A stretch of 64,000 bases of DNA from contig CAZDOJ010000001.1 of NCBI GenBank assembly GCA_964507055.1, positions 657,313-721,312 of the forward strand, in the 5' to 3' direction. Shown here piece by piece: positions 9,661 to 19,538 of the stretch. Under the pieces are notes generated by a model that searched no databases, was not told the DNA's origin, and saw nothing but the letters and a program-made list of their open reading frames with translations. A program made the position numbers and the translations under genes. Position 1 is the stretch's first letter, and every line of letters begins with the position of its first letter. The stretch comes from an uncultured Gammaproteobacteria bacterium (lineage in GTDB: Bacteria > Patescibacteriota > Microgenomatia > Levybacterales > UBA12049).

Positions 9661-10743
9661 TTACTTGATCTCTAACACATGTTTATGCTTTTCTGAAGTA
9701 CTCATTGAAGACAGCAAACCAAGAAAGATAAAATTCGATAAGAGTGAACTTCCCCCAAAGGAAACAAATGGTAACGTAACACCTACAATAGGCACGATTC
9801 CGATATTCATACCAATATTTACGAACGCTGGGATGAGGACGATACCAAATGTACATGCCGCAAAAACTCGAATAAACGCATCATTGGTTCGTGAATAAAT
9901 AAGATAAATTCGATAACACAAGAACATAATAGTCACGATAATGATCAAAGCTCCAAAGAAACCAAGCCCCTCAGCAATTGTTGCAAAGATAAAGTCAGTT
10001 TGTCTTTCAGGCAAGAAACGTAACCCTGATTGTGTCCCCTCAGATAAACCTTTTCCAAGAAAATGTCCCGATCCCACAGCAATCATCGCTTGAATTGTAT
10101 TGTAGGAAATGCCCAAAGGATCGGATGTAGGATTAAGAAAGGTTAAAATACGCTCTCTTTGATAATCATGCATTCGCATCCAAAGAAATGGTGACATAAT
10201 AATAAATGGAGCTATGAGTGCAGCAAACCATCGAAAAGGGTAACCACAAATTACTAAAGCAAACATTGCTGTACTGGCGTAGAGAATTGCACTTCCTAAA
10301 TCCGGTTGGAATTCAACGAGAAGAAAGATTGGTGCAATTAATAGTAATGTCCTGAAAAATGATTTCATATTGGGAGTTTTTTGATCTGCAACCCACGATG
10401 CAAAAGCTATGGCAAGAAATGGCTTTAAAATTTCAGAGAATTGTAATCGAATACCGAAAACATCAATCCATCGTGTCGCCCCACGACTCTCGATACCAAT
10501 AGCTAAAGTAATACAAAGAATAACAATTGAAACAATATAGATTGGAAGTCGGAACTTTTGTATAAAGTGTGTATTTACCTGTGAGAATAGAAGGAATGCA
10601 AGTGATGCGATGACGAGTGAAATAAGCTGGCTTTTGAAAAAAGCGGGATTCAGTGAAAGAAGTGTTACAAGGCTTAATGAGACGAGAATGATCACTGGGA
10701 TCATTAATTGGTAGTCGATCTTAATCTTCGCTTTTGCTTTCAT
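9661..10743 (-). CDS. SEDS-family peptidoglycan glycosyltransferase (RodA/FtsW paralog)
   Basis: Polytopic, with a conserved SEDS loop ...RQTDFIFATIAEGLGFFGALIIIVTIMFL. The start is taken at MKAKAKIK (10741-10743). The ORF-track extension to 10848 reads through an intergenic inverted repeat. Confidence 0.75.
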   Translation of the reverse strand: MKAKAKIKIDYQLMIPVIILVSLSLVTLLSLNPAFFKSQLISLVIASLAFLLFSQVNTHFIQKFRLPIYIVSIVILCITLAIGIESRGATRWIDVFGIRLQFSEILKPFLAIAFASWVADQKTPNMKSFFRTLLLIAPIFLLVEFQPDLGSAILYASTAMFALVICGYPFRWFAALIAPFIIMSPFLWMRMHDYQRERILTFLNPTSDPLGISYNTIQAMIAVGSGHFLGKGLSEGTQSGLRFLPERQTDFIFATIAEGLGFFGALIIIVTIMFLCYRIYLIYSRTNDAFIRVFAACTFGIVLIPAFVNIGMNIGIVPIVGVTLPFVSFGGSSLLSNFIFLGLLSSMSTSEKHKHVLEIK

Positions 10744-10770
10744 ACGTTTAGAATTTATCCATATTATACA

Positions 10771-10862
10771 CGTCATCCTCGCGAATGCAGGGATCCAGAA
10801 ATAATATAAGTTAAAAACTAGCTGATCGGTGGAGCTGGATTCCTGCATTCGCAGGAATGACG
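10771..10862. repeat. GC-rich imperfect inverted repeat: 28-nt arms (10771-10798 and 10835-10862), 36-nt spacer, each arm with its own CCTGC/GCAGG mini-hairpin
   Basis: Arm 1 is CGTCATCCTCGCGAATGCAGGGATCCAG. The reverse complement of arm 2 is CGTCATTCCTGCGAATGCAGGAATCCAG, matching about 24 of 28 positions. It lies between the ileS stop (10867) and the SEDS gene start. Its GC content is well above the local background. Confidence 0.7.
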
Positions 10863-10866
10863 AAGG

Positions 10867-13695
10867 TTATTCGCGGCTTTTAACACTAAATTCTCCTTTA
10901 GAAATTGCGTGAACAAGTGCATTCTTTTGAATGTATGATTCAAAATCTTTTGGCCATGTTTCAAGTGTAACTTCTACTCTTTCATCCAGCTTCGTGCCAA
11001 GCTTTTTGCGTTCTTCCTGAATCTTACGGACAATTTCTCGAGCATGACCCTCAGCAATGAGAGATTCAGTTAAACTTGTATCAAGTTCGACACTCATCTC
11101 ATTGGTTTTTGCGTCATGGAATGAAACTTCTTTTACATTAAGTTCATCCAAGATGAGCTGATGCAAATTTGCATCAATTGCTACATCTTTTGATAAAACA
11201 CGAATTGATGCCAAAGGCTGTTTTACTTTGATTTGTTTTTCTTTGCGTTGAGCTAGTCCCATTTCTACAATCTTACGTACTACTTTCATCTGCTCCAATA
11301 AACTTTGATCCTTTGCTTCAAGCTTCTTACTCTCAGGCCAATCTGTAAGATGAACTGATTCTTTATCCGTTAAATTAAGGTACATCTCTTCAGAAACAAA
11401 TGGAACGATTGGAGCGAGCAGTTGTGTCAATGTCACTAAAACATGCTGTGTTGTTTCATAGAATGCTTTCTTATCTGCTTGATCTTCAGCACTTGGTCCA
11501 ACTCTATCACGACTTCGACGGATATACCATGTTGAAAGATCAGTAATAAATAATTTGAGCGAATCAATAGTACTGACAGTATCATAATTATCTAAGCTCT
11601 TCGTAACATCAGCTTTTACTTGTTCAAGCAAGGTAAGTATCCATTGATCCAAAACATTTGTTGCCTGAGCTGAGTCGAAAGTTTTATCAGATGGCTTCCA
11701 TTCATCGAGATTTGCATATGTGATAAAGAAGTTATATGTATTCCAAAGAATAAGCATTGTCGTACGAAGCTGCAATTTATATTGATCTTCTGAAATGAGT
11801 ATGTCTTCTCCACTCATAACTGGAGTACCAAGAAGGTATAAACGAAGTGCATCTCCACCATATTTCTCAAGCATTTCTGCTGGATCTGGATAGTTCTTGA
11901 AGTTCTTACTCATCTTTCGACCATCAGTTCCGAGGATAACTCCAGTGACACTTACATTTTTGAATGCTTGTTGTTTGTACAAAGCTGCTCCGATAACATG
12001 TAATACGTAAAACCATGACCGAATCTGTCCTGTGTATTCGGAGATGTAATCAGGTGGGAAGAAATCTTCAACTTTTTCAGTAGAATCAAATGGGAAATGA
12101 CGTTCTGCAAATGATGCGGATCCAGCCTCAATCCAACTATCCAAAACTTCAGGGACGCGATGAGCAGTACTACCACATTCTTTACACTTGACCGTCACAT
12201 CATCAATTTCTGGACGATGGAGTTCAGTGATTTTTTGTCCAGAAGCTTTTTCAAGCTCTGCAACAGATCCTGGAACATATCGCTCGCCGCATTCACATTC
12301 CCACACAGGCACAGGACTTCCCCAATACCTATTTCGTGAGATGTTCCAGTCCGGAGCATTTTCCAAACTCTTGAGGAATCGACCTTTCTTAAAATGCTTT
12401 GGGTACCAATTTACTTTTTCATTTGTTTCTTTCAAAAGAGGTTTGAGATCTTTGACATTTACATACCACGCATTAATTGGAGCGTAATAGAGGCGTGTGT
12501 GGCATCTCCAACACAATGGCACACGATGCATATAATCTTTATTTGAATAAATTAATCCTCGCTCTTCCAAATCCGCATTTACAGCTTTATTTGCCTTGAG
12601 ATAATACATGCCACCGAATTTTGGTACATCTGGCTTTACAGTTCCTTCATCATCAAGGTGGGTTTCGATATACACGCCTTGCTCCTGCATAACTTTCAAA
12701 TCCTCCTCACCGTACGCTGCGATAGTTACGATGCCGGTTCCCTCATCAGCTGAGACATAATCGGCACCAATGATTTCAAAAAATTTCCCTGTTGCTCGAT
12801 CTTTGTAGTAATCATAATGAGGAACAAATTTTTTACCAACTAAGTCTTTTCCTTTGTAGTGCTCGACAATTTCAAACTTCGGTTCTTCATGAAGCATCTT
12901 GAGCGTCGTCTCTGCAAGAATGTAATATTCATTCCCCTGTTTTACCTTAACGTATGTTAGCTTAGGGTTAACAGCGAGAACTGGTGTATTAATCTTATTC
13001 CAAGGTGTTGTGGACCATGCTAAGAAATATGTATCTTTTTCACCAGCAAGTGGATATTTGTATGTGGTTGAAGGATCGACAAGTTCTTTATAATTTTCTG
13101 CATCCATTGCGACTTCGAAGTTTGAGATAGGTGTCGAGCAATGTGGACAATAGAGATTTACTTTATAACCTTTATAAATATGCCCTTTGTCATACATTTG
13201 CTTGAAGACCCACATGACTGATTCCATATAATCTATCTCCCATGTCTTGTATGCATTTTTGAAATCCACCCAACGTCCGATACGATCGACATACCATTCC
13301 CAATCTGATGAGACGACATCGACATATGATTTACATGCATCAATAAATTTCTTAACGCCAACTATCTCTTCAATATCCTTTTTGCGTGCGATCTCTAATT
13401 CATTCTCTACCTTATTTTCAATTGGCAATCCATGACCATCCCATCCCCAAACACGTCGGACACGATAGCCTTTCATGGTCCAATAGCGTCCAAAAACATC
13501 TTTTGGCAGACTTGAAAGCAATGATCCGTAATGAGGCATACCGGTCACAAATGGTGGACCATCAAGAAAAGTCCATCGCTTATCAGCTGGACGAGAGGTA
13601 ATAGATTTTTCAAAGATTTTATTTTCTTTCCAATATCGATTGATATTTTCTTCCAACTCGGGAAAACTTACTTTTGGAGAAACTGGTTTTAGCAT
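10867..13695 (-). CDS. ileS: Isoleucyl-tRNA synthetase, type 2 (eukaryote/archaea-like)
   Basis: 942 aa. It has an FLDGPPFVTGMPHYGS HIGH-region, WDGHGLPIE and a KMSKNFKNYPDP KMSKS-region, all characteristic of type-2 IleRS. Confidence 0.9.
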   Translation of the reverse strand: MLKPVSPKVSFPELEENINRYWKENKIFEKSITSRPADKRWTFLDGPPFVTGMPHYGSLLSSLPKDVFGRYWTMKGYRVRRVWGWDGHGLPIENKVENELEIARKKDIEEIVGVKKFIDACKSYVDVVSSDWEWYVDRIGRWVDFKNAYKTWEIDYMESVMWVFKQMYDKGHIYKGYKVNLYCPHCSTPISNFEVAMDAENYKELVDPSTTYKYPLAGEKDTYFLAWSTTPWNKINTPVLAVNPKLTYVKVKQGNEYYILAETTLKMLHEEPKFEIVEHYKGKDLVGKKFVPHYDYYKDRATGKFFEIIGADYVSADEGTGIVTIAAYGEEDLKVMQEQGVYIETHLDDEGTVKPDVPKFGGMYYLKANKAVNADLEERGLIYSNKDYMHRVPLCWRCHTRLYYAPINAWYVNVKDLKPLLKETNEKVNWYPKHFKKGRFLKSLENAPDWNISRNRYWGSPVPVWECECGERYVPGSVAELEKASGQKITELHRPEIDDVTVKCKECGSTAHRVPEVLDSWIEAGSASFAERHFPFDSTEKVEDFFPPDYISEYTGQIRSWFYVLHVIGAALYKQQAFKNVSVTGVILGTDGRKMSKNFKNYPDPAEMLEKYGGDALRLYLLGTPVMSGEDILISEDQYKLQLRTTMLILWNTYNFFITYANLDEWKPSDKTFDSAQATNVLDQWILTLLEQVKADVTKSLDNYDTVSTIDSLKLFITDLSTWYIRRSRDRVGPSAEDQADKKAFYETTQHVLVTLTQLLAPIVPFVSEEMYLNLTDKESVHLTDWPESKKLEAKDQSLLEQMKVVRKIVEMGLAQRKEKQIKVKQPLASIRVLSKDVAIDANLHQLILDELNVKEVSFHDAKTNEMSVELDTSLTESLIAEGHAREIVRKIQEERKKLGTKLDERVEVTLETWPKDFESYIQKNALVHAISKGEFSVKSRE

Positions 13696-13789
13696 GAATA
13701 CAATTGTACTTCAAACCTAAAACTAATTCAATAGAAGGGTAAGCAGAAATAAAGAAAGAAGTTATAAAATTTCTATTGAGGGAAAGTAA

Positions 13790-14347
13790 CTATTGTGCAC
13801 ACCAGTAGCAGTTATTTGTACCACCTTGAGATTTGCATGTAGTTCCCGCAGTACCACTTTGGGTGTATCGGGTGTTTGAATCTCGTTGCTGTGACTCAGA
13901 TTTAGGTTGGAAACAAACGATTGTATCCGCAGCATTACTTGTTTGTGGATTTGGATTAGTAACAATTGCTTGATTAAGATTATTTGCATTAAGGAATGAT
14001 TGCTTGAGTTCTCCTTCGGTAATAAGTGTTTGGATACATGCAGTGAGACTACTCATAGGAACTGAAGCCAATGTCGTACCACTTGTATAACATGCAGCAC
14101 CACCGCTAGCTGTTGAATTCCATGGAAGAGCATTTTTTACTGAGAAGTATCGAACATTTGCACTTACGAACTGTGCAGCGACATTTTTAAGGTTTGTATC
14201 TTGTGCTTTGTTAAGCTGTTCAACTGGATTGATTGTAGCGAGGAGTGCGGCAGCGAGAATACCAAGGATACCGAGTACTACGAGTAACTCGATAAGGGTA
14301 AATCCTTTTTGGATCTTTTTTGTTAAGCTAGGCAGATTCTTTAACAT
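13790..14347 (-). CDS. Type IV pilin / pseudopilin with class III signal (prepilin peptidase site)
   Basis: Taking the start at MLKNLPSLTKKIQKGFTLIELLVVLGILGILAA gives G|FTLIEL, a prepilin cleavage and N-methylation motif. A C-terminal Cys pair (CKSQGGTNNCYWC) fits a disulfide loop. Confidence 0.75.
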   Translation of the reverse strand: MLKNLPSLTKKIQKGFTLIELLVVLGILGILAAALLATINPVEQLNKAQDTNLKNVAAQFVSANVRYFSVKNALPWNSTASGGAACYTSGTTLASVPMSSLTACIQTLITEGELKQSFLNANNLNQAIVTNPNPQTSNAADTIVCFQPKSESQQRDSNTRYTQSGTAGTTCKSQGGTNNCYWCAQ

Positions 14348-14432
14348 AAATTCTAATCTCAGCATAATTACATCACATGACAAACAGCGGTGTCAATAGG
14401 GAAACATTAGTATTTTTTGCTATAATTTCCTT

Positions 14433-15134
14433 ATGCTAATAAAAGTTCTCTCTTGGAACATCTGGTTTGGGAACCACTACCATGATATTGTCGAACATCT
14501 GAAAAACGTCGAAGCAGACATTATTGCACTTCAGGAAGTTATTCAGGATGTCGATGGAAAACATAATACAGCTGAAAACATTGCAAAAGAACTAGGCTAT
14601 CACTGGAAGTATGAAGAATCTATGCAGTTACAGTTGAATGGAAAAACTGTCAGCTGGGGAAATGCTATTTTGAGCAAACACAAACTTCTTTCAACAGAAT
14701 TGCATGAGCTCTCTACTGGAGAGAATCGCAGAACTGCACTTGAAGTAAAGATCGAGATCGAAGGGAAAGAGATTTCGGTCACATCAACGCAACTTACACA
14801 TACACATCAACAACCTTCAGACCTGCAAGATGCACAAGTAAAAAAGCTTTTTGAGAGTCTACCGACGACAACTGCTATGGTTATGGGAGACTTCAATGCA
14901 CTTCCTGAAAGTAACACCATCAAATATATGTCGGAACGATTACAAAATACTGATTCGCAACTCGATCCTACATGGTGTATGTATATCGATGGATGCAATA
15001 TCTGTAAAATTGATCAACTGACGCATCGTTTGGATTATATTTTTACGACGAAGGAATTTAGGGTCCACTCTTTCCAAACCGATTATTCAAAGGGATCAGA
15101 TCATTTGCCTATTGCAGTATCACTTGAGATTTGA
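14433..15134 (+). CDS. Endonuclease/exonuclease/phosphatase (EEP) family hydrolase
   Basis: VLSWNIWFGN...ADIIALQEV...GDFNA...SDHLPI are the hallmark EEP motifs. Confidence 0.75.
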   Translation: MLIKVLSWNIWFGNHYHDIVEHLKNVEADIIALQEVIQDVDGKHNTAENIAKELGYHWKYEESMQLQLNGKTVSWGNAILSKHKLLSTELHELSTGENRRTALEVKIEIEGKEISVTSTQLTHTHQQPSDLQDAQVKKLFESLPTTTAMVMGDFNALPESNTIKYMSERLQNTDSQLDPTWCMYIDGCNICKIDQLTHRLDYIFTTKEFRVHSFQTDYSKGSDHLPIAVSLEI

Positions 15135-16012
15135 GGTTTTCTTCTTCGTGTTTTTCTTAACGGTTCAATAACAGGTACTTCTTCTTTTTGAAATTGTTCA
15201 CTTCCAAAGACATACAATCCAGTTAGTATAATCAATGTTTGTGCGACACCAATCCAATCAAATTCGGAAGAGGTTTCGACTGTAGTCAATGGATCAAAAA
15301 AGAGAGATCCAAAAACAATGATTCCAGAGAAAAGTAATGAATTAAGCAGTAATGTCACTTTCCACCAATTCCATGTATATCGCTTATATTCAAGTGTTAT
15401 CCATAGCCAGAAAATTAGAATCGGTGCAAATATTATCATTCCTGAGTATGTATCGGAAGAACTTGCAGTTGTAGCAGATTCGATCGATGTCGTAGGTAAA
15501 AGCGATAACACTAAGAGTACACAGATAAAAATGAGCGAATAACCCCAAAAAGCCATTTGAATCATCCCCCACTTTTTATTTTTCTCTAAGATTTCTTTTG
15601 CTCGTGTTGGGATAGAAAGATAACGATTTGCTGCCAATTGGTACATAGCAAACATATACGGCAAGCTCAAAAGCAATCCCACCATTGTATTAAGAAGCAA
15701 ATTCTCAGTATCAGCACTATACGCTAAAAATGACAAATAACCGATCACAGGATGTTCTGGAGCTGCTGCGTAGAGTAAGAATAATGCAGAATATGCAATG
15801 TTAAACCAGAAAAAATACCTCCAGAAATTTGTCTCAAAAATCTGTTTTCTAAAAATATATGAATATACACCTGTAAGCCCTACTGCATAGACGACTATAT
15901 CTGTAAGAAATAATCCAACAGGTGCAGAAGGATATGAGAATTCAATAATAGTTACCAAAGCAAGTAACACCACATTTAACCAGAAATAGACTTTCCACCA
16001 AAATAGTTTCAT
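15101..16012 (-). CDS. Polytopic membrane protein, unknown function
   Basis: 303 aa with about 8 hydrophobic helices and no recognisable motif. Its 3' end overlaps the convergent EEP gene by about 34 nt. Confidence 0.4.
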   Translation of the reverse strand: MKLFWWKVYFWLNVVLLALVTIIEFSYPSAPVGLFLTDIVVYAVGLTGVYSYIFRKQIFETNFWRYFFWFNIAYSALFLLYAAAPEHPVIGYLSFLAYSADTENLLLNTMVGLLLSLPYMFAMYQLAANRYLSIPTRAKEILEKNKKWGMIQMAFWGYSLIFICVLLVLSLLPTTSIESATTASSSDTYSGMIIFAPILIFWLWITLEYKRYTWNWWKVTLLLNSLLFSGIIVFGSLFFDPLTTVETSSEFDWIGVAQTLIILTGLYVFGSEQFQKEEVPVIEPLRKTRRRKPQISSDTAIGK

Positions 16013-16053
16013 AACTCAGGAAATTATATCAGAAAGTTTTGAGCAAAGATTCA

Positions 16054-16629
16054 TTAATAGGATGTTTGGAGGTTCGCATCTTTGTCGATTTGCTGAATCG
16101 GACTTTGTGCTTGTGTCGGATTAAATTCATTAACTATGATTGTCGATGGATTTTCAACAATTTTTACACTTGTCGTGAAAGGCTTGCCGGTAACAACCGC
16201 TTGTTTCGCTGCAACTGTAGGTTTTGCCGTAACAACTGGTGTTGTACTGACATATATATAAATAGTTGGTGTTGGTTCAATCCTTGTCGGAGATGTAGTC
16301 GTTTGTGCAGCTTTGGGTTCAGGTGTGAGTGTAGGAATCATCGTAACTGTAGCCTTTATTTCTGATCGTGGGAACTTGGTTGGTTTTGCAGAGACAGTTA
16401 AACCAGCTGCTGATGTTGCAGGAATCGTAACTCCAGCTGATTTGGTAGCAGTTTGCATTGCAAAAATTGTCGGAGTCGGAGAGATGACATCTGTCGGAAC
16501 AACTGCTTTTGTGACTGCTACACCTTGTACTGATTCTTTTGTAGGGGGTACGATAAATGACACTATCGCTGATGAAACTGGGATAGCAATGAGTAGGCAG
16601 GATAGAAAGATGATGATCTTCTTATCCAC
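16054..16629 (-). CDS. Thr/Pro/Ala-rich secreted or membrane-anchored low-complexity protein (mucin-like)
   Basis: N-terminal hydrophobic segment MDKKIIIFLSCLLIAIPVSSAIV, then TPT, KPT and PTPT repeats. The opposite-strand Cys-rich ORFs look like frame shadows. Confidence 0.4.
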   Translation of the reverse strand: MDKKIIIFLSCLLIAIPVSSAIVSFIVPPTKESVQGVAVTKAVVPTDVISPTPTIFAMQTATKSAGVTIPATSAAGLTVSAKPTKFPRSEIKATVTMIPTLTPEPKAAQTTTSPTRIEPTPTIYIYVSTTPVVTAKPTVAAKQAVVTGKPFTTSVKIVENPSTIIVNEFNPTQAQSPIQQIDKDANLQTSY

Positions 16630-16666
16630 GAAAAGATTATAACATCAATATAAATTAATGCAAAGA

Positions 16667-17209
16667 CTATTTTCTGATTCTGAAGTTCAAATATTTATTG
16701 CCCCAATTATTTAACTGCAATCCTGAAGCATGTAATACTGAAGCGGATCCAATATTGTCAACATGTACATTCGCCCGAAGTTCTGTATAACCTCTTTCTT
16801 TAAAAGCATAATCGACAAGTGTTTTTACAGAAGTTTGCATATAGCCTTTATGCTGATATTCTCCGCCTAAATAATAACCCACAATTCCAATATCTGGCCT
16901 GTCCCCTGTCGGAGTTAAATTAATACTTCCTACTAGTTCATTCGTCTCATTCCAAACACCAAATCGAAGACGTTTTGGATCCCTACCTATGCTTTGTTGA
17001 AATGATTCTAAATTCGGATAATGCGAAGCTGTCGCCTCATCAAATTGTGAGAGATGCTCTCGATTTCGATCAATTAAATCAAAAGCAGCGGGAGCGTCTT
17101 CCATAGTGTATTGCCGTAAAATAACTCGTCCATCTGAAGAAACAAGTTGTATAGGCTGATGCATAGTATCCTCTTGGTGAAAGTACTGTTGTCTCTCTTT
17201 CGAACTCAT
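16667..17209 (-). CDS. GNAT N-acetyltransferase (RimJ/RimL-like)
   Basis: GNAT core ...GYYLGGEYQHKGYMQTSVKTLVDYAFKERGYTELRANVHVDNIGSASVLHASGLQL. Confidence 0.7.
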   Translation of the reverse strand: MSSKERQQYFHQEDTMHQPIQLVSSDGRVILRQYTMEDAPAAFDLIDRNREHLSQFDEATASHYPNLESFQQSIGRDPKRLRFGVWNETNELVGSINLTPTGDRPDIGIVGYYLGGEYQHKGYMQTSVKTLVDYAFKERGYTELRANVHVDNIGSASVLHASGLQLNNWGNKYLNFRIRK

Positions 17210-17257
17210 GGAGAGAATTATAGCATGCTGTTGTCATTTTAGATTATATAACCTATA

Positions 17258-18190
17258 ATGCCGCAAATGGTAGAGCAAGAAACAAAAGCAATAGTAATTC
17301 ATGGAGGAGCAGGGGCTGTAAATATGTTTGATCAGCGAGATAAACAGAATCTTTCTGATAAAACGATTGCACTCGCAAGAATTGTCAGTAATGGATGGAA
17401 ACAATTAGAAGCAAATAATTCAGCTCTTGAAGTAGTCACCAGTACTGTTATGCAATTAGAAAATGATCCAGCTTTCAATGCAGGGATCGGTGCTGCCATA
17501 GGACTTGGACGTGATGGCGAGCCGTTGGTTTCTCTGGACGCGAGCATCATGTTCGTTGACGAAGAAGGAAGTATTTGTTTTGGTGGTGTAACCGGCGTAA
17601 CAAATATGGCAAATCCTATACTCGCGGCACGTGAAGTTATAGATACAGGCAGCATTTTGTTACATGGCGAAGGTGCCAATGATATAGCTGCGGCAGCTGC
17701 AGAAAAATATGCAATACCTCCTATTACGAACGAAATGATGATGACTGATTTAAAACTCGAAAGATTTCATGCGGGTCGAAAAACTACTGAAGGAGGAACA
17801 ATAGGAGTCGTTGTATTCGATGGGACAACTATCGTTGCGGGTACTTCAACAGGTGGACGCAATAGAAAAGATTTTGGCAGAACTGGAGATTCATGTGTTC
17901 CAGGAAAAGGAACATATGCAAATAGACTTGGCGGTGCTTCCGCAACTGGAAATGGAGAAAAGATTTTGATACATGGAACAACGGAAAAAGCTGTAGAGCT
18001 ACTCAACGATGGAAAAACTCCTCAAGAAGCGGCGGAATTAGTATCAAGCGAACTTGAACGGATAGGTGGAAATGGTGGGATAATTCTTTTGGATCGATTG
18101 GGAAGGATAGGAGTAGCAACAAATTCCACACACATGCCAAACGCCAGAATGTCCTCAAGAATGAGCCTGCCAAGGATAAATGTTAGATAA
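17258..18190 (+). CDS. Isoaspartyl peptidase / plant-type L-asparaginase (Ntn hydrolase, Asparaginase_2)
   Basis: IVIHGGAGA at the N-terminus and the nucleophile context GGTIGVVVFDG. Confidence 0.7.
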   Translation: MPQMVEQETKAIVIHGGAGAVNMFDQRDKQNLSDKTIALARIVSNGWKQLEANNSALEVVTSTVMQLENDPAFNAGIGAAIGLGRDGEPLVSLDASIMFVDEEGSICFGGVTGVTNMANPILAAREVIDTGSILLHGEGANDIAAAAAEKYAIPPITNEMMMTDLKLERFHAGRKTTEGGTIGVVVFDGTTIVAGTSTGGRNRKDFGRTGDSCVPGKGTYANRLGGASATGNGEKILIHGTTEKAVELLNDGKTPQEAAELVSSELERIGGNGGIILLDRLGRIGVATNSTHMPNARMSSRMSLPRINVR

Positions 18191-18204
18191 TAAACTTGAA
18201 ATTT

Positions 18205-19395
18205 TTAATTTCTCTGTCTGAGGAATGCGGGGATATCCCATTCGTCTTCTACTGACTTTTCGTCTTTCTTCTCCGGTTGTGGAGATTGGACATGTTGCTG
18301 TGGCTGTTCTTCGTCTTCGTCATGATCCTTTTGCTGATTTTGTTGCTCTTCTTGCTGGACTGGTGGTTGGGTCCTTGTCAAGGGAGTATCCGTAACTTGT
18401 GGCGTTGGCTGTTGGATGACGAATTGCTGCAGTCTTTGTTTTGCTTGATCGAATCCTGTTGCAACAACAGTGATACGGATCTGGTCATGCATGGTTTCAT
18501 CAATAGTTGCACCAAAGATGATATTTGCATCAGGATCAGCTGCACTTGAAATGATCTTTGCTGCTTCATCAACTTCAGTCATCGTCAAATCATTACCACC
18601 GACGACGTTAAACAACACACCTCGTGCACCTTCCATACTGATTTCAAGGAGTGGAGAAGCTATCGCAGAACGTGCTGCCGTCTGGGCTCGATTTTCGCCG
18701 ATACCACTGCCGATACCCATAAGGGCTGAACCGGCATCGGACATAATATTCCGGACATCGGCGAAATCGACATTGATAAGACCAGGCATTGTGATGATCT
18801 CAGAAATACCTTGGACACCTTGTGTGAGAACTGAATCAGCAACTTTGAATGCATCAAGCAAACTTAACTTTCGATCGACAACATCAAGGATTCTTTGATT
18901 TGGAATAACGATAAGAGTATCAACTTTGTCTTTGAGGTTGTCGATACCTTCTTCTGCACTAACCATTCTTCGAGTTCCTTCAAACATAAATGGCTTGGTA
19001 ACAACAGCGACTGTCAAAGCACCAACTTCTTTTGCAATTTCAGCAACGACTGAAGTTGCTCCTGTACCTGTTCCTCCACCCATACCAGCTGTGAGAAAGA
19101 CCATGTCTGAGCCCTCAAGTGCGTTTTTAATTTTTTCACGTGACTCTTCAGCAGCTTGCCGACCAATTTCAGGATCTCCACCTGATCCGAGTCCTTTGGT
19201 AAAGATTTCACCAATTTGAATCTTGGTATCAGCTTTGTTGAGAAGAAGTGCTTGTGCGTCTGTATTGATGGCTATGAAATCAACACCGTGGATACTTCCA
19301 CTTGAGATCATTGAGCCGATAGCATTGCTACCACCACCACCAACACCCATGACACGAATTTTTGCGAAGTTAGTGGATTGCGGACGAATTAACAT
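18205..19395 (-). CDS. ftsZ: Cell division GTPase FtsZ
   Basis: [24 protein letters not shown] (tubulin signature), a Q/E/P-rich linker and the C-terminal peptide DIPAFLRQ. Confidence 0.95.
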   Translation of the reverse strand: MLIRPQSTNFAKIRVMGVGGGGSNAIGSMISSGSIHGVDFIAINTDAQALLLNKADTKIQIGEIFTKGLGSGGDPEIGRQAAEESREKIKNALEGSDMVFLTAGMGGGTGTGATSVVAEIAKEVGALTVAVVTKPFMFEGTRRMVSAEEGIDNLKDKVDTLIVIPNQRILDVVDRKLSLLDAFKVADSVLTQGVQGISEIITMPGLINVDFADVRNIMSDAGSALMGIGSGIGENRAQTAARSAIASPLLEISMEGARGVLFNVVGGNDLTMTEVDEAAKIISSAADPDANIIFGATIDETMHDQIRITVVATGFDQAKQRLQQFVIQQPTPQVTDTPLTRTQPPVQQEEQQNQQKDHDEDEEQPQQHVQSPQPEKKDEKSVEDEWDIPAFLRQRN

Positions 19396-19538
19396 AGTCT
19401 TGTGGGCTGGTCAAATCCTACCAAATCTCTATCAGGTTTGCAATAAGTAAATGAGTATATTCTTGCTTCAGACTACAAGGATTTCCCCAATTTAGCTTTA
19501 AAAATAAAATTTTGCAAACAGTTTTTTTAGAGAGGTAT

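Noticed and set aside
9661-10848. ORF-track N-terminal extension of the SEDS gene (MQESSSTDQ...)
   Set aside because: The extension is translated through the GC-rich inverted repeat. The downstream Met (MKAKAKIK, 10743) gives a typical basic N-terminus followed by a TM helix.
11616-13601. Several 60-100-aa ORFs on the plus strand inside ileS (11616-11813, 11952-12176, 12188-12487, 13247-13435, 13386-13601)
   Set aside because: They are antisense shadows of a clearly conserved 942-aa gene and have no motifs.
16039-16642. Cys/Arg-rich plus-strand ORFs opposite the Thr/Pro-rich gene
   Set aside because: They are frame artefacts of ACN/NGT codon repeats. The minus-strand reading has a signal peptide.
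18277-19450. Plus-strand ORFs (90-142 aa) embedded antisense in ftsZ
   Set aside because: They are low-complexity shadows of the FtsZ coding frame.
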